DNA from: Bacillota bacterium
GTDB lineage: Bacteria > Bacillota > Ch66 > Ch109
Length of the DNA stretch: 64,000 nucleotides
Assembly: GCA_050952625.1 (NCBI GenBank)
Contig: JBMNLH010000001.1
Span: 1,344,001 to 1,408,000, forward strand
Direction of reading: 5' to 3'
Part shown: positions 51,818-60,416 of the stretch, one piece after another
Layout of the letters: each line of letters starts with the position of its first letter
Position numbering within the stretch: position 1 is the stretch's first letter
Notes under the pieces: model-generated
The model's input: the letters and a program-made list of their open reading frames with translations, nothing else
Databases searched by the model: none
Told to the model about the DNA's origin: nothing
Program-made: the position numbers and the translations under genes

Positions 51818-51846
51818 TTGACTGGTTTTTTTGGTTATGTTATAAT
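51818..51846 (+). promoter_or_regulatory. Sigma-A promoter of tRNA-Gln
   Basis: TTGACT-17 nt-TATAAT with extended TG. Confidence 0.8.
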
Positions 51847-51866
51847 AACACTTGTTATAAATGAAT

Positions 51867-51940
51867 TGCGGGATGGTGTAGCGGTAGCACACATGACTCT
51901 GGATCATGTTGCCTAGGTTCGAGCCCTAGTCCCGCAGCCA
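51867..51940 (+). tRNA. tRNA-Gln (anticodon CTG)
   Basis: Acceptor stem TGCGGGA/TCCCGCA-G-CCA, anticodon arm CATGA-CTCTGGA-TCATG, T-loop GGTTCGAGCC. Confidence 0.97.
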
Positions 51941-51949
51941 GAAAAACGT

Positions 51950-51982
51950 AACCTTTGGGTTTTACTCAAAGGTTTTTGTTTT
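51950..51982 (+). terminator. Terminator after tRNA-Gln
   Basis: AACCTTTGGGT-TTT-ACTCAAAGGTT followed by a T-run. Confidence 0.75.
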
Positions 51983-52100
51983 TCTATGTTTAAATTTGAC
52001 TTTGCTATTTGGCGAAAATTTGAAAAATTTTTACGATTAATTTAGTGAAAATTTAAAAAACTTATGCTATACTTAAGCCACCAGGAAAGAAGGTGAGCCT

Positions 52101-52499
52101 ATGTTATACAAAGCTACTAGTATTGAAAATACTACACATTTGCTTGAATTTGATCAAAGTGAGTCTGGAAAAATAAGATTAAACAATAATGGCAGGTGCA
52201 TAGGTGTACTATATTTTGAACCGAATAATCGTGCTGGATTTGCAGAAATTCATTATTTAAAAGTTGAAAGAGAATATCGACGCCGAGGCATTGGCTCTCG
52301 ACTAATCGGACAACTGAAAAAATTATGCGAATCTCAATATAACTCGCCAGACATAGAAGTCTATATCACTCCAGTAGATGATGTACGTCATGATATCTTG
52401 AAGGAGTTTTATGAATCAAACGGTTTCATTGTTACCGAACGTGAAGAAGAACCGGAATCGTACGAGGGAATGTTTGCTTTTGGTATTCAGACAAAATAA
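52101..52499 (+). CDS. GNAT family N-acetyltransferase
   Basis: V..EYRRRGIGSRL acetyl-CoA motif and FYESNGF. Confidence 0.85.
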   Translation: MLYKATSIENTTHLLEFDQSESGKIRLNNNGRCIGVLYFEPNNRAGFAEIHYLKVEREYRRRGIGSRLIGQLKKLCESQYNSPDIEVYITPVDDVRHDILKEFYESNGFIVTEREEEPESYEGMFAFGIQTK

Positions 52500-52559
52500 A
52501 TTTTTTAGATAGTATTTTTAGAATTAGGTTGTCCGCTAGAATATTCATTATCATCTTAG

Positions 52560-52838
52560 GTGATTCTATCACTGGAGGTGATAATTATAAAACCACGACA
52601 AGCAAATCTAAGAAGGCCTTATAGATTTTATAATCAGCCTTTCTCAGAACCTAGCCAAGCCAAAGACAGTCAGGAAACGCCTGATCATACAGACCTGGAA
52701 ACCGGCTATCTGCCGCCAATCAATTTAACCGGTCTAAATGATCAAGCTTTACCCGAGGATGATAGTAAAAAAGAGGAGCGTAATCAACAAAAATTCGGTC
52801 CAGAGAAACAGCCTTTTGAAAAATGGAAAACTCGCTAA
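52560..52838 (+). CDS. Hypothetical protein (true start uncertain)
   Basis: ORF track; an internal GGAGGTG is followed only by in-frame ATA/ATT codons. Confidence 0.45.
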   Translation: MILSLEVIIIKPRQANLRRPYRFYNQPFSEPSQAKDSQETPDHTDLETGYLPPINLTGLNDQALPEDDSKKEERNQQKFGPEKQPFEKWKTR

Positions 52839-52925
52839 AGGTATCATAAAAATTAAATTGTCAGGGAAAAATAACAATAATCAAATAATGCTATCCAGCT
52901 AAATTCTGAGGAAAGGTTTGATACA

Positions 52926-53174
52926 ATGAATCAACACATCCACTGTTTAGTGAATGACTGCCACTACTGGGGCCAGGGAAATAAATGCCAGGCCAACGAA
53001 ATCCTTGTCTCTCCTGACAGTTTTGCTGAAAACCAGCCCGCTGAAATCGACGCAACAATGGCTAATCAACTTAACTCCGCTGCCGCAGGTTCTTCAATGG
53101 CCACCGCTTGCAAAACATACGTTACCAAAGGTTCCGATGAAGTCAATCAGGATAGTATTAAAAGGATGTCATAA
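52926..53174 (+). CDS. DUF1540 family small Cys protein
   Basis: IHCxVNDCHYW...NKCxAxEI...TACKTY pattern. Confidence 0.8.
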   Translation: MNQHIHCLVNDCHYWGQGNKCQANEILVSPDSFAENQPAEIDATMANQLNSAAAGSSMATACKTYVTKGSDEVNQDSIKRMS

Positions 53175-53177
53175 TAA

Positions 53178-53205
53178 GAGGACCCGGTTTTGCACCGGGT
53201 CTTTT
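53178..53205 (+). terminator. Intrinsic terminator
   Basis: GACCCGGT-TTTGC-ACCGGGTC followed by TTTT. Confidence 0.75.
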
Positions 53206-53399
53206 ACTATAGTGACACCATTTCTATTAGTGATTTATTTCGTTATTTAAACATCGCCCTAAATTTCTGTGATCAAAGCTGATATACCGATTAATATTAA
53301 AATAATTCGGAAAAATTAGATATTCAATTAGGGTAACCCACTTCCGTAAAACTGTTTCTTGGTTTATAATGTGATTGTGAGTACTATCTCCTCCGGGGA

Positions 53400-53627
53400 G
53401 TGAAAAATATGACTAATATCTATAGTAATCGAGTTTACGTCCACGAGAAATTTTGGATCGCTCTATGTAAGTTCCCAACAGAGAAAAATAACGCCTTGCC
53501 CGAATACGCGCTTTTGAAACCTGGTCAGATTAATTTCTCCCAACTAGAGACTTACCAGGCGATTTCCAAGGATGAAGCAATTGATAAAGGAATCACCTTA
53601 GCCCAAAAACATGGTTTGTATCCCTAA
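53400..53627 (+). CDS. Hypothetical protein
   Basis: 75-codon ORF with GGGGAG RBS (ATG 53409 is the likely start). Confidence 0.5.
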   Translation: MKNMTNIYSNRVYVHEKFWIALCKFPTEKNNALPEYALLKPGQINFSQLETYQAISKDEAIDKGITLAQKHGLYP

Positions 53628-53673
53628 TAATTTGTATCCCTAATAATATAGCTGATTGACCGGACCCGCATTG

Positions 53674-54588
53674 TTAATCACTGCAATTTTCCTCTCTAGC
53701 CATCTTAACCAGGGCGGCGACACAGCCTTGAATATTTTGCCTTGAGTAAATAGAAAGGTTATCCCGATAATAATGCTGGACGAGTCGGTCGATAATCTCC
53801 GAAGTATCCTGACCAAACATCAGTTGATCATTAATATATTGCTTTAGTTCTTTTGTTACCTTTGTAGTGCTTTGAAAAAATTTATGAATCTGTCCCTCTT
53901 CAGTCAGGATAGCATCGTGGGCTGGTGCTAAAATTCGAGCCTTCAATTGTTCAAGGCGTTGGAGCGATTCCAGGTACAACTGGTATCCAGAAAAGAAACA
54001 AGGAAAGATACAATCCGGGGAAGACTGAAACCCGCCAGCGTCGGAAATAAACAACGCGCTAGCTGGTTGGCAAAACACACTAATGCTGCAAAGACTATGA
54101 CCGGGTGTTTCTAACACTTTCAAGCACACCCCGTTTCCTAGTTCTAGTTCATCCCCCTCTTTAACCGTCAGATGAATCGGAATAGTGTTGCCTGCCGGCC
54201 TGGCTGGGGGTCTGGTTACTTCTCCCCGGGCAACCAAAGCTGCAGTGAGAGCGAAGTCCTCATCATAAAAAGATCGGACCGCTTTCTCCTTGCTAAGAAT
54301 TTTCTTGGCTAGCGCAGATCCAACCACCCTCGCCCGGGGAAAGGCCTCCAGTAAAGAGGGAACCCCAGTGACGTGGTCAGGATGGGCATGCATAACCATA
54401 ATATACGCCAGACGCTGAGGATCCAGACCTAATTCTTCAAATTGTTTAATAATATAAGGTGCGGAACAACTTACTCCCGCCTCAATTAAGGCATATCGTT
54501 CCCCTAGAATTAGGTAGCTATTAAAATGATGTGTCCCTAAGAGGAAGATCTTTTCCTCAATTTGAGCCGGCCAGTGTAACTTCATCAT
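53674..54588 (-). CDS. MBL-fold metallo-hydrolase
   Basis: HAHPDH, TPGHS, SD and PAH metal-binding motifs. Confidence 0.9.
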   Translation of the reverse strand: MMKLHWPAQIEEKIFLLGTHHFNSYLILGERYALIEAGVSCSAPYIIKQFEELGLDPQRLAYIMVMHAHPDHVTGVPSLLEAFPRARVVGSALAKKILSKEKAVRSFYDEDFALTAALVARGEVTRPPARPAGNTIPIHLTVKEGDELELGNGVCLKVLETPGHSLCSISVFCQPASALFISDAGGFQSSPDCIFPCFFSGYQLYLESLQRLEQLKARILAPAHDAILTEEGQIHKFFQSTTKVTKELKQYINDQLMFGQDTSEIIDRLVQHYYRDNLSIYSRQNIQGCVAALVKMAREENCSD

Positions 54589-54623
54589 TTTCACTTCCTT
54601 AAGCATAGTGAACTCGAAGCATA

Positions 54624-54729
54624 GTGAACTCGTCCAGCTTCGCTGAACATCGGGGCTTCAGGCGGAGACTCTATTCCACCTAAAGTTTGAACAATGTACC
54701 CCCCTTATAGAAGCAGGAGGCTTTTTTGT
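54624..54729 (-). mobile_element. Element family A, copy 3
   Basis: Minus strand CAAAAAAGCCTCCTGCTTCTATAAGGGGGG...GAAGCCCCGATGTTCAGCGAAGCTGGACGAGTTCAC. Confidence 0.75.
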
Positions 54730-54747
54730 AATCAGGATAAATCCGCT

Positions 54748-54978
54748 CTAGTCCCTGGTTTCAGCTGTATAACGCCAAACCGCCTCATCACCGAATTCAT
54801 TAGCAATTATGTCTAACACAACATTATAAGCGTTCGCTTCTGCCATAAAGTATGCCCGTTCAACACAGTCCAGCTTTTGTTCGCGCGCACGTCGGAGTGA
54901 CTCACTTCTTCGCTTAGCTATTTTTTTCACAATCTCTTGGATTGCAGATAGCCCTTCGCCAGTATTAAGATTGCACAT
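54748..54978 (-). CDS. Hypothetical protein
   Basis: 76-aa ORF with AAGGCGGG RBS, co-oriented with neighbours. Confidence 0.55.
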   Translation of the reverse strand: MCNLNTGEGLSAIQEIVKKIAKRRSESLRRAREQKLDCVERAYFMAEANAYNVVLDIIANEFGDEAVWRYTAETRD

Positions 54979-55022
54979 CTTTACACCCGCCTTTTAACCA
55001 ATATAAAATTGTAATTATCCTC

Positions 55023-55487
55023 TTAAAATGATACCTTCTCAATCCCAAGCAATCGTAGTCGAATTTGACAGGCCCCATCCTTAGCCACTTGACGGGTGCC
55101 TAAAACCTTTGGGCAGACGACACCACAAAGCGTTATACCAGATCCAAAGTCGCTTCCTACTTCTTGACCATACAGCCGACGCAATACCGGAATCAGCGGA
55201 CATTCACCGGTCCCTTCTTCAAACCCCATCTCTCTTGGTAAACTTTCCCCTGATAAAGTACCTTCACTTAACACCCACAATGCTTCTAACTTTTGTAAAT
55301 CGTATTCTCTAAACCACTGTCTCTCTTCCTGAGTACAAAGCTGATTATTCCAGGGACTTCGTGGGTCTTTGGCCTTCCGTTCGCATTCACTTTTCCACCT
55401 CAAGTATTGATTGGCCGCCTGACTGGGTGAAATAAAGCGTTTGTGAATTACCCGCAGTGCCTCATCGCGGCTCATAACCATGGCCAA
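55023..55487 (-). CDS. Hypothetical protein with Cys cluster
   Basis: 154-aa ORF, GAGGGGG RBS; CP...CGVVCP...C. Confidence 0.6.
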   Translation of the reverse strand: MAMVMSRDEALRVIHKRFISPSQAANQYLRWKSECERKAKDPRSPWNNQLCTQEERQWFREYDLQKLEALWVLSEGTLSGESLPREMGFEEGTGECPLIPVLRRLYGQEVGSDFGSGITLCGVVCPKVLGTRQVAKDGACQIRLRLLGIEKVSF

Positions 55488-55714
55488 CCCAACCCCCTCA
55501 TTTAATTCGCACCTAACTAAATAATAGACTGTAGGATAGTTTATATATTATATTTATTTGCTACATTTCCTTTAGTCTCGTGACAAATAACAAAAAATTA
55601 ATTGTGTCCTTAATATTCGGAAAAATCACTTCAGTTAAATTATAGCAAAAAAAATAACCGATTTTAAGACGGCTATCTAATTAAAATCTATCGTTTTCAG
55701 TTATTTACTAGCCT

Positions 55715-56281
55715 CTAATCCTTGCCGGTAATCCCGGCTGAGACAATGAACTGTAAAGCCTGTTCAGTTTTTACATCTATCAGTTCAACCCGTTCCTTTG
55801 GGATTAAGACCGTAAAACCAGCCCACTGCATGCTTTGCATAATGTAAACAGCCACGTGATCCTTTAGGCCAAAGCACTCCGCTTCTTCCGCTGTTACAAA
55901 ACCAAGGATTTTAATCTGGTCATCCCCGGGTAAATTAATCAAGGCCACTTTACCAAAATAGTCCTTCTTGCCCAAAAGAGCGTTGACGGTATCCTTAATA
56001 ATAGAATAAACCATTTTAACTAAAGGCATATTGCCAAAAATCCGGTCAATAAACACAAAGACCTTTCGGCTTAAGAACCAACTACTTAAGACTCCGACCA
56101 GAGTGATCAAAATCAACGAAGTTAACAGGCCAAGGCCGGGTATGTCCACTCCCCAAGCGATAAAATACTTACCGATAATCCCATCGGTTATTTTAAACAC
56201 GGCGACCACGATGTAAACCGTCAGCGCGATAGGCAAAAAAGTTAAAATACCCTGAATAAAATAACTAAAAAGTTTTTTCAT
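55715..56281 (-). CDS. DUF502 family membrane protein
   Basis: GILTFLPIALT, PLVKMVYS, LGFVT and FIVSAG motifs. Confidence 0.88.
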   Translation of the reverse strand: MKKLFSYFIQGILTFLPIALTVYIVVAVFKITDGIIGKYFIAWGVDIPGLGLLTSLILITLVGVLSSWFLSRKVFVFIDRIFGNMPLVKMVYSIIKDTVNALLGKKDYFGKVALINLPGDDQIKILGFVTAEEAECFGLKDHVAVYIMQSMQWAGFTVLIPKERVELIDVKTEQALQFIVSAGITGKD

Positions 56282-56504
56282 ACAGTCCTCCTGGCACTAG
56301 GAAGACCGGCTCAATACCGGTCTGATAAATGATTATCCACGACTAATTGTTAGACCAACTAGATTACCACGTTGAAGATTTCCTTGCCTTCCATATTATT
56401 CCCCCAAAAAAGCCTTTCAAAACACAAAGTCATACTAAGCACCCAGGCTCGCCAGGCACAATCACTAATGAAAATAGCTTGCCATATGTCATCCTGAGCG
56501 TTAT

Positions 56505-57839
56505 TTAAATTAGGGCCATTTTCTTAGCTTCTTGCCTTAACTCCATCCGGAAGTCAGGATGGGCGATGGCGATTAATTCTTGAGCCCGCTGCCGCAAATT
56601 TTTACCCCTTAAATGCGCAATCCCATATTCGGTAACCACATAATCAGTATCATTTTTTGTCACTGAGACAATAGAACCCGGCTTGAGATAAGGGACAATC
56701 CGCGAACAGCGTCCCTGATTATAAGTTGAAGGAAGAACCAGGAAACTTTTGCCTCCCCGAGAATGCATCGCCCCCCGACAGAAATCAACCTGTCCCCCGG
56801 TCCCGCTGTAATATTGATAACCAATACTCTCGGAGGCGCATTGGCCAAATAAATCAACCTCAAGGGTAGCATTAACGGCGACAAAGTTTGGATTATGACT
56901 GATCACCACTGGGTTATTCGTGTATGATAAAGGGTGCAATTCCACAAGCGGATTATGATTAACAAATTCGTAAACCTGTCTCGTGCCCAGGACAATTGAA
57001 GTAACAACTTTGCCAGGGTTTAATGGCTTAAACCGGTTATTAATTACCCCCTTTTCGATTAATTCGATGACATTGTCGCTAATCATCTCTGAATGTATCC
57101 CGAGATCATTTTTCTGCCGCAAATGTTTGGCGACTGAGTTAGGGATATCGCCAATTCCCAGTTGAATGGTGGCTCCATCTGGAATCTGCTCGGCTACTAA
57201 CTGGCCTATCACTTCTGCTTCCGGGGTGCTGCTGCCAAAGGCTACTTCCGGCAGTAAGCAGTTATTCTTAACCACATAATCAACTTCTGAGATGTGGAGC
57301 CGGGACCGACCAAATGTATAGGGCATATGCTGATTCTCTTCAACGATGATCAACCGGGCCTTTTCCATCACCTCATAATTATAGCCAACCGCTGCCCCAA
57401 AAGAAAAATATCCCTCATCGTCCATTGGGCTAACCGTGGCCATAAAAACATCTGGCTGGACAAACTCAGATAGAAAAACCGGCAGTTCATGAAAATGATT
57501 AGGAGTATAATTACACCGGCCTTCGTTTACTCCCTGTCTTGAGTGTTGGCTATTAAACACAATATTAACTCTAAAATGAGGGGAGCAGTCGTGCGTTAAA
57601 TAAGAATAAGGCCGCATTGGCAGATTATGGTGTAAAGTCACTTCGGACAAATCTTTCTTCCTTCGATAAAGTGACTCAATCAGCGCGTACGGTTCGGCTG
57701 GTCCGATGGAAAACACAATATGTGAGTTGGAGCAAATATGGCTAACGGCCTCCTCCGGAGATACCAGTTTGTTTAAATATTCCTCCGGCTCATTTAATTT
57801 TTTCAGACACCCAATTAATGACATCGGCTCATTCTCCAT
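56505..57839 (-). CDS. Acetyl-CoA hydrolase/transferase family (4-hydroxybutyrate CoA-transferase-like)
   Basis: IQLGIG, GIHSEM, SGTGGQVDF, VVTEYG and IAHPDFR motifs. Confidence 0.92.
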   Translation of the reverse strand: MENEPMSLIGCLKKLNEPEEYLNKLVSPEEAVSHICSNSHIVFSIGPAEPYALIESLYRRKKDLSEVTLHHNLPMRPYSYLTHDCSPHFRVNIVFNSQHSRQGVNEGRCNYTPNHFHELPVFLSEFVQPDVFMATVSPMDDEGYFSFGAAVGYNYEVMEKARLIIVEENQHMPYTFGRSRLHISEVDYVVKNNCLLPEVAFGSSTPEAEVIGQLVAEQIPDGATIQLGIGDIPNSVAKHLRQKNDLGIHSEMISDNVIELIEKGVINNRFKPLNPGKVVTSIVLGTRQVYEFVNHNPLVELHPLSYTNNPVVISHNPNFVAVNATLEVDLFGQCASESIGYQYYSGTGGQVDFCRGAMHSRGGKSFLVLPSTYNQGRCSRIVPYLKPGSIVSVTKNDTDYVVTEYGIAHLRGKNLRQRAQELIAIAHPDFRMELRQEAKKMALI

Positions 57840-57897
57840 TTGTAAATGATAAATAAAGTATATACCAAGATAAGCCGGGAGTCATCAATTTTTCGCT

Positions 57898-58293
57898 CTA
57901 ATGCACTGCTTGATCGCTGATCACAACCAGTGCCACTTTTCCCTTAAACTCAGGGTTATGCCTTACTGTACAATTATGCTGATAACGCCGGGCTAACTTC
58001 ATATATTTACTAACCAATTGAAAAGGCACCTCGCTGTGGATAATTATGGTCTTAGCCCGCGGGTCACGCAAGGCATCTTCTACCTTTTCTAGGGCCTCCT
58101 GATCACCCAATTCCGCCATAGTTAAAGCCAAGAGCACTCTTTCCTCAAACTCACCTAAAAACCTATTTTTTTCGTCTTTGCGCAGTTCTGGTTCCCCCAG
58201 AATACCTAAGGAAATCGCCTTCTCCATCCCGCTTTTTTCCAGCCACCCGCGCCAAGCTTCCTGCTCAATCTCTGAATAATCTATGTCTGCCAT
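57898..58293 (-). CDS. YueI/DUF1694 family protein
   Basis: G.PEL..DEK.RFLGEFEERV pattern. Confidence 0.85.
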   Translation of the reverse strand: MADIDYSEIEQEAWRGWLEKSGMEKAISLGILGEPELRKDEKNRFLGEFEERVLLALTMAELGDQEALEKVEDALRDPRAKTIIIHSEVPFQLVSKYMKLARRYQHNCTVRHNPEFKGKVALVVISDQAVH

Positions 58294-60098
58294 AGCGTCC
58301 GCTCCATTTCAGGGTTAAGTTCCGGTTTAACGTTATTGGTCGTCTTTTTCATTACCTCAGGCAACCGATCAACTGAATCTATGGGCGGATGGCATTGGGA
58401 GCCGTAACAAGGATACAGCCGCGGTGGTCCATCAAGCTCGTAACCTTCGGTTTTGACCAAATCCGGTTGACTGACCGGATCTAACCAGCGAACCACTTTA
58501 GGCAGATGATAGGTAGTCATGGCTGCCTGGTGCATGGCTTGAGCCTGGGCCTGACCTCGTTGACCCACCAGAGTAAGAGTTGTCCAGGGCTCAATTGCCT
58601 CACGGACCGCCAAAGCAAAGCCGGCAGCCATGCTGCCGTAACGGGGATAACGATCCAAATTCCGCCTTAATGCCCCGGTCGCTGCTTCGGCAAACCGATT
58701 ATCCCGAGTGAGAGCAGTCAACTCTAATAACCAGCGAGCGGCTCTTACATTATGTGAAAAATCCAGATGAGGCACGGCCAGGGCACCAGGAGCGGTTGGA
58801 TCGGGGACGGAATCATAAAACCCGCCTCTGGGGGCTAACAGCGCATTTAAGCAAAACTCAGCTAATGATCGACTCATTTCCAGGGACCAGAGTTCCCCCG
58901 TCTGCTGGTAGGCGAGATTCAAGGCCGAACCAACTGCGGTCTGATCAGTCAGTAAACCCCACAGGTGGGGATGACCATCATAGTAATGGCACATTCCTTT
59001 ATCCGGAAGATAGCATCTTTGTTTCAACATTTGCAAAGTCTGCAGGGCTTTATGCAGCCAGGAAGATTCCTGCCAAACTGCCGCAGCAAGAATTAAACTG
59101 CGACAGAGCAGGCCGTTCCAATTAACGTAAATAGTCCGATCCACAAAGGGCGGGGTTAATTTTTTTCGTCCCTCAAAGTCATGCTGATAATACTCTTCAT
59201 CGGCATCCTGAGTACCAGCCCAACCCGGCCATTCCGGCAGATATAAGTTGTTCTCCAAAAAGCGGATTACATCCCGGGCGACCTGCTCAAAGCAAGGATC
59301 CCGAGTAACTTGAAAGGCCTCGGTTAATATCAATAGTAACAGAGCGTTATCCTCTAACATTTTTTCAAAATGCGGGATAGACCAGTCCCGGGTAGTTGAA
59401 TAACGAAAGAATCCCCCTTCCACCTGATCATACATTCCCCCGCTGGCCATCCGATGCAAAGAATACGAGAATACCTTCTTCCACCGCTCATCCATGGTGA
59501 AGTGATAGGCGTTTATCGCCAGTTCCAGTGCGTCCGGCATAGGAAACTTGGGCTGCGTCCCAAACCCTCCGTGCAATTCATCGTAATCCTGCAAAGTCAT
59601 TTGAGCAACTTCATCCCAGATTTCCTTTGAGAGTTCTCCGATTGGTTCATCTTTTTGGTCCTCAATTGTATCAGCCATCGTTTCCGGGGACTCGAGAAAA
59701 GCCCGATTATCCTGATAAGCCCGAAGAACCTTGCGCAGGAACAGCTTCATATCCTTCGCCGGGATATAGGTCCCCCCGGTCAGTAAATCACCGCGAGCAT
59801 TCAGGATTGCTGTTGTCGGCCAACCACCAAGGTTATACCGTTCATTAATATCGGGCCGCCTATCCGTATCCACCCGGATGGGGATATAGTTTTGGTTTAA
59901 ATAATCTATAATTTCCGGATCAGAATAACTGGTTTCATCCATCACATGGCACCAGTGACACCAAACGCCACTAATTGCCAGTAAAACTGGCTTAGCGTCG
60001 CGTTCAGCTTCGGCAAAAGCCTCGGCTCCCCACTCACGCCAGTTTATTTCAGCGGCCCGGTTGGGTCGAGGGGAAAAACGGAATTCTATGTCTGACAA
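58281..60098 (-). CDS. YyaL/DUF255 thioredoxin-domain protein
   Basis: WCHWCHVMD, GGWPT, PKFP, GGFFRYS and PHFEKML motifs; TTG start after GGAGG. Confidence 0.92.
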   Translation of the reverse strand: MSDIEFRFSPRPNRAAEINWREWGAEAFAEAERDAKPVLLAISGVWCHWCHVMDETSYSDPEIIDYLNQNYIPIRVDTDRRPDINERYNLGGWPTTAILNARGDLLTGGTYIPAKDMKLFLRKVLRAYQDNRAFLESPETMADTIEDQKDEPIGELSKEIWDEVAQMTLQDYDELHGGFGTQPKFPMPDALELAINAYHFTMDERWKKVFSYSLHRMASGGMYDQVEGGFFRYSTTRDWSIPHFEKMLEDNALLLLILTEAFQVTRDPCFEQVARDVIRFLENNLYLPEWPGWAGTQDADEEYYQHDFEGRKKLTPPFVDRTIYVNWNGLLCRSLILAAAVWQESSWLHKALQTLQMLKQRCYLPDKGMCHYYDGHPHLWGLLTDQTAVGSALNLAYQQTGELWSLEMSRSLAEFCLNALLAPRGGFYDSVPDPTAPGALAVPHLDFSHNVRAARWLLELTALTRDNRFAEAATGALRRNLDRYPRYGSMAAGFALAVREAIEPWTTLTLVGQRGQAQAQAMHQAAMTTYHLPKVVRWLDPVSQPDLVKTEGYELDGPPRLYPCYGSQCHPPIDSVDRLPEVMKKTTNNVKPELNPEMERTLWQT

Positions 60099-60416
60099 TG
60101 TCTTACCTCCTTCAACCGTCACGAGGGTTGTCCTTGTCTTTTATACTTCTCATTCTGTAAGTTTCCCTCAACTAAGTTTTTTAGTCTCTTTTTAGTCCCA
60201 TTGAAAGTCCAAAATATCATAAGTGCAGGGCTATGTTCTCTGAGGTAAATAAAAAAAGCATTACAGAAAAGCACCTTTCGGGGTTTTTACTTTTTTGTCC
60301 AAATCCTGAAAACCCTGATATAGGCGATTTAAAAATTAATGATATCAAATGCGGGTTATATAGATATTGCTTTATCCTATAACCAGTAGTATCCTTGATT
60401 AAAAAATCTTGGTAAG

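Noticed and set aside
51867-55487. Genomic island integrated at tRNA-Gln
   Set aside because: No integrase and no duplicated tRNA 3' end seen; downstream genes look like ordinary small Bacillota genes.
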